Source: Geosiphon pyriformis uo1
Lineage: Eukaryota > Fungi > Glomeromycota
Reading direction: 5' to 3'
Length of the DNA stretch: 64,000 nucleotides
NCBI GenBank assembly: GCA_016748015.1
Contig: JAAOMT010000503.1
Coordinates: 397,669-461,668, forward strand
Position numbers and translations under genes: made by a program. Under the pieces are notes generated by a model, which made no database searches, was not told where the DNA came from, and saw only the letters and a list, made by a program, of their open reading frames with translations. Position 1 is the stretch's first letter, and each line of letters begins with the position of its first letter. Shown one piece after another: positions 63,400 through 64,000 of the stretch.

Positions 63400-64000
63400 T
63401 GTTGTCTAGTCTGGTCTGAGTGGCTAGTCGCATGTAGTCATTGTGTGAATTGCATTTAGTTTGAGCCACTTAGTTTGGTTCTATATACTAAATAGTAGTT
63501 GGGCTTTACTCATTAAATGCAAAAAAAATAAAAATAAAACATATTGAATTATAATTATTTAATAATTTTAGCTTTAATAAATTATTTATTAATAACTTAA
63601 ATTCTATATAAAAAAAAATTTATTGCTGCTTAAATTAATAAAATATATACTTTAATAATATTAATTTATTATAAATAAAAAATTAATATGTTTAATTAAA
63701 AAGCTATCTCAAAATTTTAACAAAAAATTTACAAAAAATTCAATCATAAATATTATATATTTTTAAAAATATAATTAAAAAAATTAAAACACAACAAAAT
63801 ATTAAGTATATTTAAATTTATTTAATTACAACATTTTTTTTTTTTAAAATATTGTATAATAAGTCTTAATTTTTGTCTTAAAAACAGTTTATAAACAGTA
63901 TTTTTTTATATAAAAACTATTAAATAATAATATAATATTTTGTTTTGGTGTTTTTTTAATAATAATAAGTTTTTTATATAAATATTAAATTTAAAATATG

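Larger units (their letters stand above)
56694..63531 (+). mobile_element. LINE copy 3, full length, uninterrupted, decayed
   Basis: 5' UTR similar to copy 2 (ACCAAAAAA..ACTT), ORF1, ORF2, 3' UTR, and poly-A from 63521. Possible TSD AAATAAAAC (56685-56693 and 63532-63540). Confidence 0.92.

Noticed and set aside
63532-64000. Possible host gene or regulatory DNA in AT-rich stretches (also 15444-17381, 27356-27930)
   Set aside because: No ORF, motif or recognisable homology; consistent with fully decayed repeats.

Overview
AT-rich eukaryotic DNA made entirely of nested, decayed transposable elements. I found no host gene, RNA gene or CRISPR array. The element types and protein style suggest a Glomeromycota-like fungus such as Geosiphon (inference only). 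Contents: three LINE copies (RT and C-terminal Zn finger in all three; APE and RNase H visible in the two full-length copies), a fossil pogo/Tigger transposase, four full-length Ty3/Gypsy LTR retrotransposons from three related families (A and C are one family; B; D), and two solo LTRs. LTR-element boundaries were placed from TGTTA...TAACA termini and 4-bp target-site duplications (TSDs), and they give a four-level nest: old solo LTR > LINE > Gypsy D > Gypsy C. Most interesting: all three Gypsy families share an unusual virus-like layout. A GUG-started N-terminal domain is followed by an AUG-started Gag and then, in the same frame, protease, a ~200-aa Cys-rich domain of unknown type, a complete dUTPase, a possible degenerate dUTPase-like domain, RT and RNase H. 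That ORF stops four codons after RNase H. Integrase follows as a separate ORF, then a conserved non-Env ORF3 at the PPT. Their TSDs are centred on CpG or its decay products in CpG-poor DNA. All elements are riddled with C>T/G>A nonsense changes. Alignments were done by eye and no database was searched, so novelty is unverified.
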